A program made the translations under genes and the position numbers. A stretch of 64,000 nucleotides of DNA. Origin: Octopus vulgaris (taxonomy: Eukaryota). The stretch lies in the NCBI GenBank assembly GCA_951406725.2, contig OX597816.1, forward strand, positions 94,240,001 through 94,304,000. Direction: 5' to 3'. The notes below the pieces were generated by a model. That model ran no database searches. It had not been told where the DNA came from and saw nothing but the letters and a program-made list of their open reading frames with translations. Shown one piece after another: positions 41,675-53,254 of this stretch; positions within the stretch are counted from its first letter, which is position 1, and every line of letters begins with the position of its first letter.

Positions 41675-41992
41675 GTGGAGGCGCAATGGCTCAGTGATTT
41701 GGGCAGCGGAGTCGCGGTCGGAGGATCGCGATTTCGATTCCCAGACCGGGCGTTGTGTGTGTTTATTGAGCGAAAACACCTAAAGCTCCACGAGGCTCCG
41801 CCAGGGAGTGGTGGCGTCCCCTGTTGTACTCTTTCGCCCCAACTTTCTCTTACTCTTTCTTCCTGTTTCTTGAGTAACGCTGCGATGGACTGGCGTCCAG
41901 TTCAGCTAGTGGGAAACACATACGCCACAGAAACCGGTAAACTGGGCCCATGAGCCTGGCTAGGCTTGAAAAGGGGCGCATAAATAAATAAA
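41675..41992 (+). mobile_element. SINE family D with a 12-bp TSD
   Basis: TSD TATATCTGCACC at 41663-41674 and 41993-42004; (TAAA)n tail. Confidence 0.88.
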
Positions 41993-42264
41993 TATATCTG
42001 CACCCACAATACCCCACCACACACACTTGCACGCGCACAAACATGCTCCTACAGAATCGCGCCCTCACGCTCATTTTTTAAAGTTGTTCTGTGATTCTGT
42101 TAAATAAGTTATTTTATGAAGCTACTCAAATATACTAAAAGAAGCTCTAAATAATTGTTTTTAACATTGTAGCAATAAATACTATATCGTCGCAGACCAG
42201 AAAAAGAAAAAAGAAATCCTTTTAGAGGAGAATCATTAATGTATAGAATCATTCATGGGAATCA

Positions 42265-42465
42265 AGTGGTATTATTTATCTCCACTTAAGCGTGGATGTT
42301 CTATTAGAACAAATTATACTGTGCTAATTACCATGAGAGAAACTCTCTACCATAAGAGAAACTCTCTACCGTGAGAAAAACTCTATACTACGAGAGGAAC
42401 GCTCTTCCCCAGTATAGTTTGTTCCAATAGATCACCCACGTTAAGTGAGGATAAAAATTACCTCT
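42265..42465. mobile_element. MITE-like element with ~50-bp TIRs and four internal ~19-20-bp tandem repeats
   Basis: TTTATCTCCACTTAAGCGTGGATGTTCTATTAGAACAAATTATACTG versus CAGTATAGTTTGTTCCAATAGATCACCCACGTTAAGTGAGGATAAA. A lone right TIR also occurs near 2121-2170. Confidence 0.6.
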
Positions 42466-43199
42466 CGATATTAATACTGCCTCTGTCGCTAATATATATT
42501 TTTCAAATCAGTATGTCCACCATAAACTACTGTACCAGAGGTGCCAGCCTCTATCCCTCTCTCTCCCTCACACACACACACATACACACACACGAAGGTC
42601 AGCGTCCTGATTACGGCGAAAAAAGTATGCCACTAAAACTGCTGCCTGTTTTTAAATGAAAATAGTTTACTGGACGTGGTCTTGAATGAATTTGAACCAT
42701 CAATGTGTTGGCTTGGGCATTCCTTATCACTACTACACTGGAAGTAAAGAATATATACAAAAAAGTGAACTATTCCTCCAAAATGGGCAATTCAGAGAAT
42801 AAGCTATTATAAAATGCAAGAATATACTTGCCAGGTCTTCTTCACTCACTTTTATAAATTGCCATATTACTTATAAATTTTTGCATGCTCCTACATGACC
42901 TGTTTCTCATTACTAAGAGCTCCTCTTTTGGTGATGAGGGTGAGATTACCCGAAGCTACTAAGCATATGAAGTTAATAATCTGAATGATGATTAATTCTT
43001 TTCGCTTTTGCAATTGTTGGAACTATTTTGAAAAAAAAAAATTATGCATATGCCGGATAAGAACATTCAAAAAAGTATAACAAATTACCTGCGGGAAAAC
43101 CAGTCAACATGTCGATGACTGTAGTACAATTGAGTGAAGTTTTGAAGCAGCAAGTCTCAATTCGAAGTGGCTCAAATGCGGCTAATATAGGCATTGAGC

Positions 43200-43760
43200 A
43201 AGCGAACGACAGTTCAGTTATCAAGTCAAGTCACTGATTCAGTTTTAATGACACAATGACAAGCAGCATCACAGAGTTCCATTATGATCCTGGTGCAGGT
43301 ATAACTTTCGTCTCGTACTTCAAACGATTTGAAGACATTTTTAAAATCGAACTGAAGCGCAAGGAAGATGCATGGCGAGTCAGGTTACTCTTGAGGAAAC
43401 TTGGCACAACAGAACACGAGATATTGCAATTTTATTCTGCCAAAGGATACGAAAGATTCAACTTCTGACCAGACCGTACAACAACTGCCAGAAATCTTTG
43501 GCGAAGATTCATTGTTGTTCAGTATTCAATGCAAGAAACTGATTAAACAGGAAAGTGAAGGCTATATCACTTATGCAGGTAGGGTCAATCTTGAATGCGA
43601 ACAGTTCAATTTATTAACTGTGACAGAAGACCAGTTCACATGCTTGATTTTTATTTGCGGCTTACAGTCACGTACCAACAGGATGTCTCTTGGACTCGCG
43701 AGTCTTGCATTATGTCAGAGCTTGAAAATTGTTCTTTTCCGATTTAACAGCAGGAGATAA
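43200..43760 (+). mobile_element. Ty3/Gypsy (Mag-like) gag remnant
   Basis: SITEFHYDPGAGITFVSYFKRFEDIF...RVRLLLRKLGTTEH, frameshift, then RYCNFILPK...YAGRVNLECEQF...DQFTCLIFICGLQS. Confidence 0.72.
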
Positions 43761-43947
43761 CTGCAAAATACCTAATCAACAAATGGGACGATGAAACCCT
43801 TAAAACTCCCAAGATGCAACCGGAAACATCGATTAATGTCATCCTTCTGTGAAGGTTATAACACTTGTAATCAACAGCTGCCTGAGAATGTCATCGAGGT
43901 ACTACATCCCAATGCGACAGGCTATTGTTACTCTGAGATAACATAAG

Positions 43948-44012
<65 letters not shown>

Positions 44013-44018
44013 TTTATT

Positions 44019-44470
44019 TCAACTCAAGAAATATTGTTGGGACATTCACATCAGAACTTCTACCATTTGGAAACCGGCTTGATATAGCTATTTAGGACAA
44101 AAAGAAAAATCGTGTGTAATCATATGCAAATATGAACGTCTCTTCTAAAACCAGCGTGAAGGAGTATAATTTATGGACAACTACTTCGAAACCAGCAGCT
44201 TCTTTCACCTCATTTCAAATTTACGATTATTCCACTGGTTATTAGAGTATTTGGTTTTGTTAGTAAATGTCTAAATGACAATCTGGAAAAGCTAGAATTT
44301 TAGGGCTAGGGTAGATACCACCTGATATGCATTTTATAATGCATTATGCAAATGCAACAGTAATTACATGCATGACTTTCGTAATGTTCAACATGTAACA
44401 AATATCGGTGTTGTTATCCGAATTCCAGTAACGAAGCTAGTTTCTGCATTAGAAACCAACTCCCTCCTTC
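44019..44470 (+). mobile_element. 3' fragment of an R4/Dong-type LINE
   Basis: Colinear with 25241-25710 (AAGAAATATTG.TGGGACATTC...TATGGACAACTACTTCGAAACC). Confidence 0.6.
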
Positions 44471-44647
44471 TATCCTTCTAGGAAGAGTTCTAATTAATGA
44501 AAACAAAAAGTGAAGATATATATAATGAGAGGATGGCCGTAAACTCTGGATACGTAGCTTCTTTAGATAAACTTATATTCAATCTGCGAAGGAAAAAGAA
44601 ATAGCAAGAATATTTTGCTTACCATGTATCCAAACTTTATGGTCACC

Positions 44648-44680
<33 letters not shown>

Positions 44681-44682
<2 letters not shown>

Positions 44683-45192
44683 CGGAGAATGGTGCGTTGG
44701 AGAGGTAGGGTGGTGGGGTGGTAGGTGAGAGGAAACAGGAGACGGGAGATGGCAGGGCGGGTGTAGGGAGAGAGCAGATACATGGTCCACGGAACGTGCT
44801 CTAGCAAGGGCAGTGTGGATAGTGGTGAGGGGATATCCACATAGGATGAAGTGGCGAGCCATGAGTTGAGACTGAGTCTCAAAGTCATGGTCGTCACTAC
44901 AGAGCCTGCGTAGACGGAGGAATTAGGAATAGGGGATGGAAAGCTTGGTGTGTTTAGGATGGGAGGAGGAGAAGTTGAGGTATGAGTGTGAGTCTGTGTA
45001 TTTGTAGCGGATGGAGGTGGTGAGAGTGGAATGTTGAATGCTGACTGAAATTTCAAGAAAGGAGACAGAGGTGTCAGAGACAGTGCAGGAGAAGTGGAGA
45101 GTAGGATTGAAAGATTTGACAAAAGAGAGGAAGGAGTCTAGATGTTCGCGGGTGAGTGAGGTCGCACCGATACAGTCGTAAATATAACGGCC

Positions 45193-45195
<3 letters not shown>
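44681..45195 (-). mobile_element. Penelope-like element RT C-terminal fragment
   Basis: Minus strand: YKYTDSHSYLNFSSSHPKHTKLSIP...FLRLRRLCSDDHDFE...GYP...LLFPLTYHP. Confidence 0.8.
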
Positions 45196-45243
<48 letters not shown>

Positions 45244-45309
45244 ACAACATAATGTGGCTGTCCTGGAAGGGATTATTGTGATTGTTGTTTAGCCCCAGGT
45301 AAATCCAAG

Positions 45310-45960
45310 TTGAAAAGTTCAATGAAATCAGAAAAAAATTTTGAGAGGAAATTCAACAAAGCAGAACCAGCAGATGAGACGATACAGTCACTTGTGCGCT
45401 AATTTAAGCGAATTGATTCTGTATAAGAAAGCAGATGAACGTCTTAGTTATCAGAAGATTTAGCGAATACCGTAAGTTAAAAATCATAAATGAAAATCCA
45501 TGTATGTTCTCTCGTGCAGCAGCTCACAGGCTCAACAAAGACGTGTACAAAATGCAGAAAAGTCTATTATTGGTAGATTATTGGCATACTTACACAATTC
45601 TCCACTTCCCCGCACGACTTTGTTTCTTCATAGAAAATTGGTATTTTTTAATGAAATTTTTTACGAATGCCTTTCAAATAGTCTAGATTGCTGTTATATC
45701 GAATTTGTTGTGAAAACGTTTTGGGAAGAGGATTTAACGGAATTGGTTGTGTTGAGGGATAAAGCTGATTTGAGTTCCAATATACGTGTGCGTGCAGATA
45801 AAGGAAGAAACAGAATCCAGGAGGATAAAATGCGACGATTTATTCAACCCGTTAAAGAGCATTAACACGGCAAAGCGCTTGAGATACATCTTGAAATATA
45901 CTGTCAGCAAATGTACAGTGGTTTCTCATGCAGTTGGTACATGATGTATGCAGTGTAAAT
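45310..45960 (+). mobile_element. Decayed Tc1/mariner-type remnant
   Basis: RKFNKAEPADETIQSLVR.FKRIDSV resembles a transposase HTH; heavily degraded. Confidence 0.35.
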
Positions 45961-46339
45961 GCGTAACATGACTTCTTGTGGAGAACAAGAACAGACGTAA
46001 ACGTCAAAGATTACCTGTGAAGATAATCTTGCTCTTTGCCGAGATTCGAACTCAACTGCACAACTCACCTCACTAAAGAAATAGCGGGAAATGTTTTCTT
46101 ATATAGGTTTATGTCTATCCCAGCGGATACACATAAATCTTCTGTGCTCGGCTGGTCTGTCACGTGATGGGATGAGAGCCAGAAGGGTTAGATCGACGTA
46201 TAACCCATTACGTGACCACTTGCAAAAAAAAAAACAGGCATACAAGTCAATATGAGCCCTTTTAAGCCTAAATAGCCAACTGGTAAACATGCTTCTGCTA
46301 CAAGGACAAAATTTTAGATGTTTCACACGAGTCGACTTC

Positions 46340-47465
46340 ATTTCCTCACAAGTTTCAGAAAAACATTCATTGAAATTTTCTACAAATACCTTTCAGATGG
46401 TATAGAATACGATTGTATCGGAATTTAAAGTTAAAAGAAAAAAGTGGGTGCACATACAGGCATACTGACACACATATACATAAAATTAAACTGGAAATTT
46501 TGAAAAAATTGTAATGTATGTCGGTATGTATATATGTACGCGCCCACCAATGTCTTTTTTTTTTTATTTTACATTAAATTCCGATATCATTGTAGCGAAC
46601 ACTCGAGTGAAATTCCTCTCTACCCTTTATCATATATACATGCATTCGAACGTAGCAGGTAACAGCTAGCCTTTGGCCGATATTTGGACCCCGTTATATC
46701 CACAACTCTGATTGGTTGGTATTGGCGCAATTTGTCTCTTACTCTGACGCGCCAATTTGCCGCGTAGAACCAATCGGAGCCTCTAAATAAAATCATGTAA
46801 GACAGCCTGTTCTCAACTTTGAACCTACAGCTCCTTATAAAAATCCAGCTGCTCCTCGTTTCGAGGTTATTGGTTTGTTTCAGACCTTTTAAGGTCTAGC
46901 CCTGTACCAAATGACGTAGGCTGTAGCATTACATCCACAACTTCACGTACGACATGTACCGCAGCCGGCTCAGCATCATAGCTGCAACTTCTTGATACAG
47001 TATTTCAACTACCGTGTACAATTGACTACGAAACTGATATTTTCATTTCTTGTGTCTGTGAACATTTGTCTAACTTCTCATTATAGGCTCTTTCACTACC
47101 TTCTTCATTGCTATTCTTATATGTTCTTAACAGATATTCATAGATTCATGTCTATACACACATACACTTTGTTCTCATGACGGCCTGTCTATTAATCTGT
47201 ATTCATGACGCACACACAGACGCATATGTTAACATATCAATAAATATTTTCTTAAACATTCTACTCAGTTGAGCCTCTCCTTTTCCCTCTGGCACATATA
47301 TGTATCATTCTTTTTATATTTATTGTAAGGACTGCGTGATGTACGATAGAGCCATTCCCCTCACCTCGTATCGCACAGTCTTTACATCATAATCTACACG
47401 ATCTGGAAAGTATTTATAGAAAAGTTTATTAGAAAAATACCCATTTTTCTGAAAGTTATGAGGTA
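46340..47465. mobile_element. Palindromic MITE interrupted by an LTR-like insertion (46591-47386)
   Basis: 46340-46410 is inverted with 47387-47465, and 46408-46480 with 46515-46590. The insert is TGTA...TACA with a TCAT direct repeat, TATAAAA near 46836 and AATAAA near 47239. Confidence 0.55.
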
Positions 47466-48334
47466 ACAAATTTGGGTAGGACACACTTATGTAGGTATGT
47501 CCAATCATCTGCAGGTTTTACATGATTCACCAGATAACTATTGTGACACATCTCTCTGTGTTCATCTTGAGTATTTGCGAAAGCAAAATGATAAAAGAAA
47601 AACTCTAATCGTCTCATTTTTATTACAATACTACTTGACTATATGTCCACCCGGTACGTTTCGCAACCATGTGGATCTGTGTTCGATCTCACATTATAGC
47701 ATCTTGGGCAAAAGTGACTGATTCTGACTGAGAATTACTTTACGAGAAGCAAATCATTCAGTTGATCAAATGAAATTCGTCGTCCAAATTAACGAAGACC
47801 TTCATGTGTGTGTGAATGAGAGCGCACGCCAGTGATATGATATTGGGTGAGTGGGGCACGAATGAGATTCGTCTACATATCGTCTTAGGGCAAGTACTAT
47901 TTTTCCTATCTGTGTGTTACCCTAAACCTTACGAAACTCTTTAGAAGCCCCTTGATGGCCTGCACTTGTAATTCAAAGGTACAACCAAGTCACACTGTGT
48001 CATGTTGATTCTGTCAGAGAATCACTTTTATGTAAATGTGTGTGTGCGTGTGTGTGTGTAGACTACTCAGCCTCTTGCACGTTAAATGAATGCAGGGTTT
48101 GTTCAGGTAGTTATACAACTAAGTGCTCTTCGTCGAAAACAACGGAAATCCAGATACAAGGGAAAGTAAAAATAAAAATAAAAATAGAAATTCAAATGTG
48201 AAGTTATGAAGACAATGCTCTTAGAGCAACAGTCCACACCCTTTTTCCCCCCACGGACCGGGTGGATCACATGAATAACAAAACACAATAATGAGCCTAA
48301 AGGTTTAATTATTATATACATATAAAGCAAAAAC

Positions 48335-49505
48335 GGTCAATATACGGTTGAAGCCCTGGTCACGAAAAAAAACAAAAAACACAGCCTACTAGGTGTAAAA
48401 AAATGTTTAGAAAACGATTATGAAAACAAAAATTTGCGCAAATGAACGGAGAAGGGGAGAAGACTTTCGGAAAATTCACAAGATCCGATTTTTCCCTCAT
48501 AACTTTCAGGAAAATGAATATATATTGACGAAATTTTATAGAAATACTGTTAAAATAAAACAAATTACGATTATAAAGAGATTTTTGGGGAAAATGTTTT
48601 CCGAAGGGGTGGGGAGAGGACTGTCGGAAAGTTCACATGATCCGTTTTTTACCCCTCATAACTTTCAGGATCTAGTTTAGCGCCCGATTACCAAAACGAA
48701 AGAAAAAAATCCTGTCTAATAGGTGTAATAAAATGTATAGAAAGCAAATATGAAGGTAAAAATTTGCGCAAACGAACGGGGGATGGGTGGGGGAAAGGAA
48801 TTTCGGAAAATTCACATGATCCGATTTTTTCTCTCATAACTTTCAGGAAAATGGATATCTTTTAATGAAATTTTACAGAAATACGTTTCAAACAGCATAA
48901 ATTACGATTATAAAGAAATTTGTGGGGAAAATTTTTTCCGAAGGGGTAGGGAGAGAAGCAGCCAAGTTATACCTTCCTCTCTCGAATCGTTGCCGTCAAA
49001 TAATTACCAACCAAGACGAAGATATGTACATGTATGTTTGCGAAAATTTTTGTTTTCATATTCATTTTCTACACGTTTTTTTCTTACACCTATCAGACTG
49101 TTTTTTTTTTCTCTGCTTTTTTTTTTTTTCGTTTTGCTGACCGAACGCTAAACTAGATCCTGAAAGTTATGAGGGGAAAAAAAACGGATCGTGTGAACTT
49201 TCCGACAGTCCTCTCCCCATCCCTTCGGAAAACATTTTCCCCCAAATTTTCTTTATAATTGCAATTTGTGCCAATTGAACGGTATTTCTATAAAATTTCA
49301 TCAATATATATCCATTTTTCCTGAACGTTATGAGGGAAAAATCGAATCTTGTGAATTTTCCGAAAGTTCTCTCCCCACCCCCACTCCCGTTCGTTTGCGC
49401 AAATGTTTGTTTCCATATTTGCTCTCTACACATTTTTTTACACCTAGTAGACAGTTTTTTTTTTTTGTTTTTTTTCGTGACTGGGCCTTAAACTGTATAT
49501 TGACC
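48335..49505. mobile_element. Foldback-type non-autonomous DNA transposon with ~350-bp modular TIRs
   Basis: GGTCAATATACGGTT...AACTGTATATTGACC termini; 48335-48685 is inverted with 49145-49505; extra partial module copies inside; flanks GCAAAAAC / CCAAAAAC (8-bp TSD with 1 mismatch). Confidence 0.8.
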
Positions 49506-49689
49506 CCAAAAACACGCCGCAGACTGCGATTCGATAAAACAGATAAAATTTTAAAAGTTTATTCTTTCTGTGCGGCTGCGTAGTTGTGGACTCTGGTGTA
49601 GAGTGCATAGAATATACAACCAAAAATATATACGTTAAATACATATAACACAAAAGATCACAAAGTATTTATTACAGCTCCAGGACGGA

Positions 49690-49740
49690 CACCTCCAGAC
49701 CGGAAGAGGAAACTAAATATAAACGCATGCGTTACATGAG
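49690..49740 (+). promoter_or_regulatory. Putative TTC21B proximal promoter with ETS-like and NRF1-like motifs
   Basis: CCGGAAG at 49700-49706 and the palindrome ACGCATGCGT at 49723-49732, about 150-180 nt upstream of the ATG in a locally CpG-containing patch. TSS not determinable. Confidence 0.45.
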
Positions 49741-49881
49741 TGCTTGTTGAATGGAGCAACAAGTGCTTATGTAGAAAACAAAAGCATATTGTAATAGATG
49801 AATTTTGTTCTTAAATGTATTTCTGTTATCAACATCCAAATTAATTGTTTCTTTCTTTAAAACTTTCTTAAACTTGAAAGG

Positions 49882-49908
49882 ATGGCAGAAGAAGATTCTG
49901 TTTTAATG
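49882..49908 (+). CDS. TTC21B: TTC21B/IFT139 coding exon 1 (MAEEDSVLM)
   Basis: ATG at 49882, 27 nt, donor GTGAGT at 49909. Phase 0 joins exon 2 in frame. A short first coding exon fits the vertebrate TTC21B layout as recalled. Confidence 0.82.
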
Positions 49909-49951
49909 GTGAGTGCTGTATTATTGGTTTTGTTTAAAACACTTCCCACCG

Positions 49952-49965
49952 GTTGCCATAACTAC
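49952..49965 (+). promoter_or_regulatory. X-box-like (RFX) motif in TTC21B intron 1
   Basis: GTTGCCATAACTAC has 2 mismatches to GTTGCCATAGCAAC. It lies 44 nt into intron 1 of a ciliary IFT gene. Confidence 0.4.
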
Positions 49966-50689
49966 CGCTTAAGCTTCATGCTCCATATCAACAGTGAAAA
50001 TGACTTGAATGTCTGTTTCTTTGTTTACATATTTACGTTAGAAATTACTTATATTGTTTAATTATTTTGATATGTAAAGAGGAAAATAAAATCAAAACAA
50101 AACTAATTTTAATGAAACCATCTATTAAAAAAATACGAGCATTTAAATCATGTACTTCATATAACAATATGTAATATAACTTAGTAGTTTAATATTCAAT
50201 TGCTATTAATATTGTTTTCGTTGCTATTAATTTTATTGTTGTTATTAAATACCTTTTGAGGAAAATATAAACAATTATACTGCCTATATTCTCCCTCCTG
50301 TGACCTAAACTTTATAAATGCGAATACCGAGAATAGCTTTCTCTATTTTATTTATTAAGTGTTGTAATAATGTTGCCCAAGTTACAAATAACAAAAACTT
50401 TATTTTGTAACCTTCTACCTTTGTTCCATTCAGACATGTAATGCTATAGAGGTAACGTAAACTCTTGCATAAAAAAAAAAAAAGCACCGAAACATGGACA
50501 CTCGAACTGCTAGTAGTAACAACTGAATTCTTTCAAGTCACATCCCACTGCCTTGAAAACCACATTAAGAACCTCAAATGATGTAGTCCGAGATAAACTG
50601 TGTGAAAAACCGGGATCTGCATGGCTAAATGCCTTTTCGTCGGTGAGGTTCAAACACAGGGTTAGCAGCAGGTATGAACGAGTGATATT

Positions 50690-51935
50690 CTAGGAAGATG
50701 CCCAAGAGTGAAAGCATATTTGGCGGTCCCTATGCATTTGCCACATACAAAAGTTTACTTTCTCTGTTAACCTTCCTGTTATTCCACTGCACCTCTTATG
50801 TGTCCATAGTTTGCATTGAGTTTATCATGGGAAATTTCTATCTATACCTTTTTTATATATCCAGCAGAATCATTTTCTTGCAGGGCATAGGTCTGTCTGT
50901 TTTTCTGCTTACTAGAACTTTAGCTTTTGCTAAGCTAACTTTAAGGCCTTTTGATTCCAGGTTTTGCTTCCATGCCTGGAATTTGTTTTCCAATTCTACT
51001 ATCGATTCAGTTTTAATAACAAGGTTATCAGTATAAGGAGTTCCCACAAGCAACTGGTCTTACACTCCTCTTATGTTCAAGAGGACTATGATAAATACAA
51101 ATGGACTGAGACTGGAATCCTTGTAAATCCCTACCTGCGGACTAAATTCATTGCTGAACCCATGGCTGACTTTCACATTACTTACAACAGTAGATGCATG
51201 GCTTATACGGCTGTCACAATCTATGTGTATATTCCTAGCTTCCACAGCAACCACCAGATCAAGGAGTGATAGACCTTTTCAAAGGCTTTCACCAAGTTAC
51301 TGAAAATCAAGTACAATGGCTTACTTTTTGCTAAACACTTCTCCTGTGGAGGCACATGGCCTAGTGGTTAGAGCAGCGGACACGCGATCGAGGGATCGTG
51401 GGTTCGAATCTAAGACTGGGCGATGTGTGTGTTTATGAGCAAAACACCTAAACTCCACGTGGCTCCGGCAGAAAGTAATGGCGAACTTCTGCTGACTCTT
51501 TCACCACAACTTTCTCTCACTCTTTCCTCCTGCATTTTGCAGCTCACCTGCGACGGACCGGCGTCCCATCCAGGTGGGGAACCTATATGCTAAGGAAACC
51601 GGAAAACCGGCCCTTATGAGCCAGGCTAGCTTGAGAAGGAACAAACAACAAACACTTCTCCTGCAGTTACCTTACTATAAAGAGGACACCAGTGGCACTA
51701 ATCCCTAGCACAAAACCAAGCAGCTTCCTGTCTAGGTTAATTTTCTTCCTAACTGATTGAGCTTTTTGTATAACTTTCATGACTTGGTCCAACAATTTGC
51801 TACCTCTGTAATTGTTTATAAAACATCTCCTTTACCCTTGTAATAGTTGACTATGATGCTGTTATACCATTCATTGGTTATGATACTTTCCTCTTCAGCC
51901 TGATTAACTATATGTGATTAGAATGTACCCTACTC
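50690..51935 (-). mobile_element. RTE-clade LINE RT fragment in TTC21B intron 1
   Basis: LGFVLGISATGVLFIVR.LQEKCLAKSKPLYLIF (joined across the SINE TSD), VGIYKDSSLSPFVFIIVL, WKQNLESKGLKVSLAKAKVLV. Confidence 0.78.
51347..51649 (+). mobile_element. SINE family D variant with a 14-bp TSD, nested in an RTE fragment
   Basis: TSD AAACACTTCTCCTG at 51333-51346 and 51650-51663. Confidence 0.88.
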
Positions 51936-52617
51936 TGGGCTGTGAATGTATGTGTGTGAGTGAGTTCATATTTCCCTTCACTTTCCCATGTTTTTACTGA
52001 CTGTAAACAACCTCACTGTCCACACACATTATTTTGCTTGCAGTCCACTGCAAAAGCTTGTTAAGGCTCCTTAACATGTTGCATGATCTTTGTAAATAAA
52101 AGACTCATTCAAATAATATCATATGTCCCTACTTGCAATATATAAACAAAGAAGCGACAATCAGCCGCTGATCTTGCAACAAGCTAAACTACTGGGTTTA
52201 AGATCTTTGAAAGAGATTCATGTAGTAACAGTACTAAACAGTAATGTTTGTAGCCACTTTTGCAAGATCAGTGGCTAATTGTCACTTCTTTGTTTATATA
52301 TTGCGAGTAGGGATGGAAAGCTGCCATTTCTAGCAGGCTGGACTCCAGTACTGAGGATGGGTATGCACCCAGAAATCAGTTATTCTGCTGGTCTTGCCAC
52401 ACTAGAGGGGGAGTGGTTCGCTCCCTTACTCAGGTTGTGTGTCACTAACCAGCTGGAAAAGATGTTTTACTGGGGTTAAAATGTAATAACATTGTTCTGC
52501 ATGGAACAGCCATGTAAAAGTGGCAACAAACATTACTGCAAAGTAAATAAAAGTTCAGAGAATATTTGTAATATACAAATTTGTAAGAAAAATGTTCTTT
52601 TTTTCTCTTTTGTCTAG

Positions 52618-52747
52618 GCTAAAATCTTTTACTATGGCCATCACAAGTATTTTGGTCGCTTTGAAGTAGCTGTCACTGATGGTCTTACCAAATATAACAA
52701 TGATCCTATTCTGAAGTTCTACAAAGCTCTGGCTCTGCTTCTACAAG
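52618..52747 (+). CDS. TTC21B: TTC21B coding exon 2 (AKIFYYGHHKYFGRFEVAVTDGLTKYNNDPILKFYKALALLLQ)
   Basis: Polypyrimidine tract plus TAG acceptor, GTAAAC donor, 130 nt. Resembles the recalled human TTC21B N-terminus (INYYCQERYFHHV...YGSDPVFRFY). Confidence 0.93.
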
Positions 52748-52952
52748 GTAAACTTTTTTCCTTTGTGGCTGATACTAAGTAATTTGTGTCCGGTTAGGTG
52801 AACTGGTAAACCTTAAGTCCAAAAGTCAAAATCTACTTTATTTTCTGAATTTGTTGTATAAGTACTGGATAAGAGTTAAGTTATTTGGTTAAAATAAAAT
52901 TGTTAAAAAAATTGAATAGTATCTTTAAAATGGTAGCCTTAATATACAACAT

Positions 52953-53254
52953 GGAGGCGCAATGGCCCAGTGGTTAGGGCAGCGGACTCACGGTTGGAGG
53001 ATCGCGGTTTTGACTCCCAGACTGGGCGTTGTGTGTGTTTATTGAGCGCAAACACCTAAAAGCTCCACGAGGCTCCAGCAGGGGGGGGCGACCCCTGTTG
53101 TACTCTTTTGCCACAACTTTCTCTCACTCTTTCTTCCTGTTTCTTGAGTAACGCTGCGATGGACTGGCATCCCATCCAGCTGGGGTAAACACATATGCCA
53201 CAGTAACTGGGAAACCAGGCCCATGAGCCTGACTAGGCTTGTAAAGGGTGACAT
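52953..53254 (+). mobile_element. SINE family D with a 14-bp TSD, in TTC21B intron 2
   Basis: TSD TTAATATACAACAT at 52939-52952 and 53255-53268. Confidence 0.88.

Noticed and set aside
42330-42410. Short direct-repeat array resembling CRISPR
   Set aside because: No unique spacers, no cas genes, eukaryotic context, and it lies inside a MITE.
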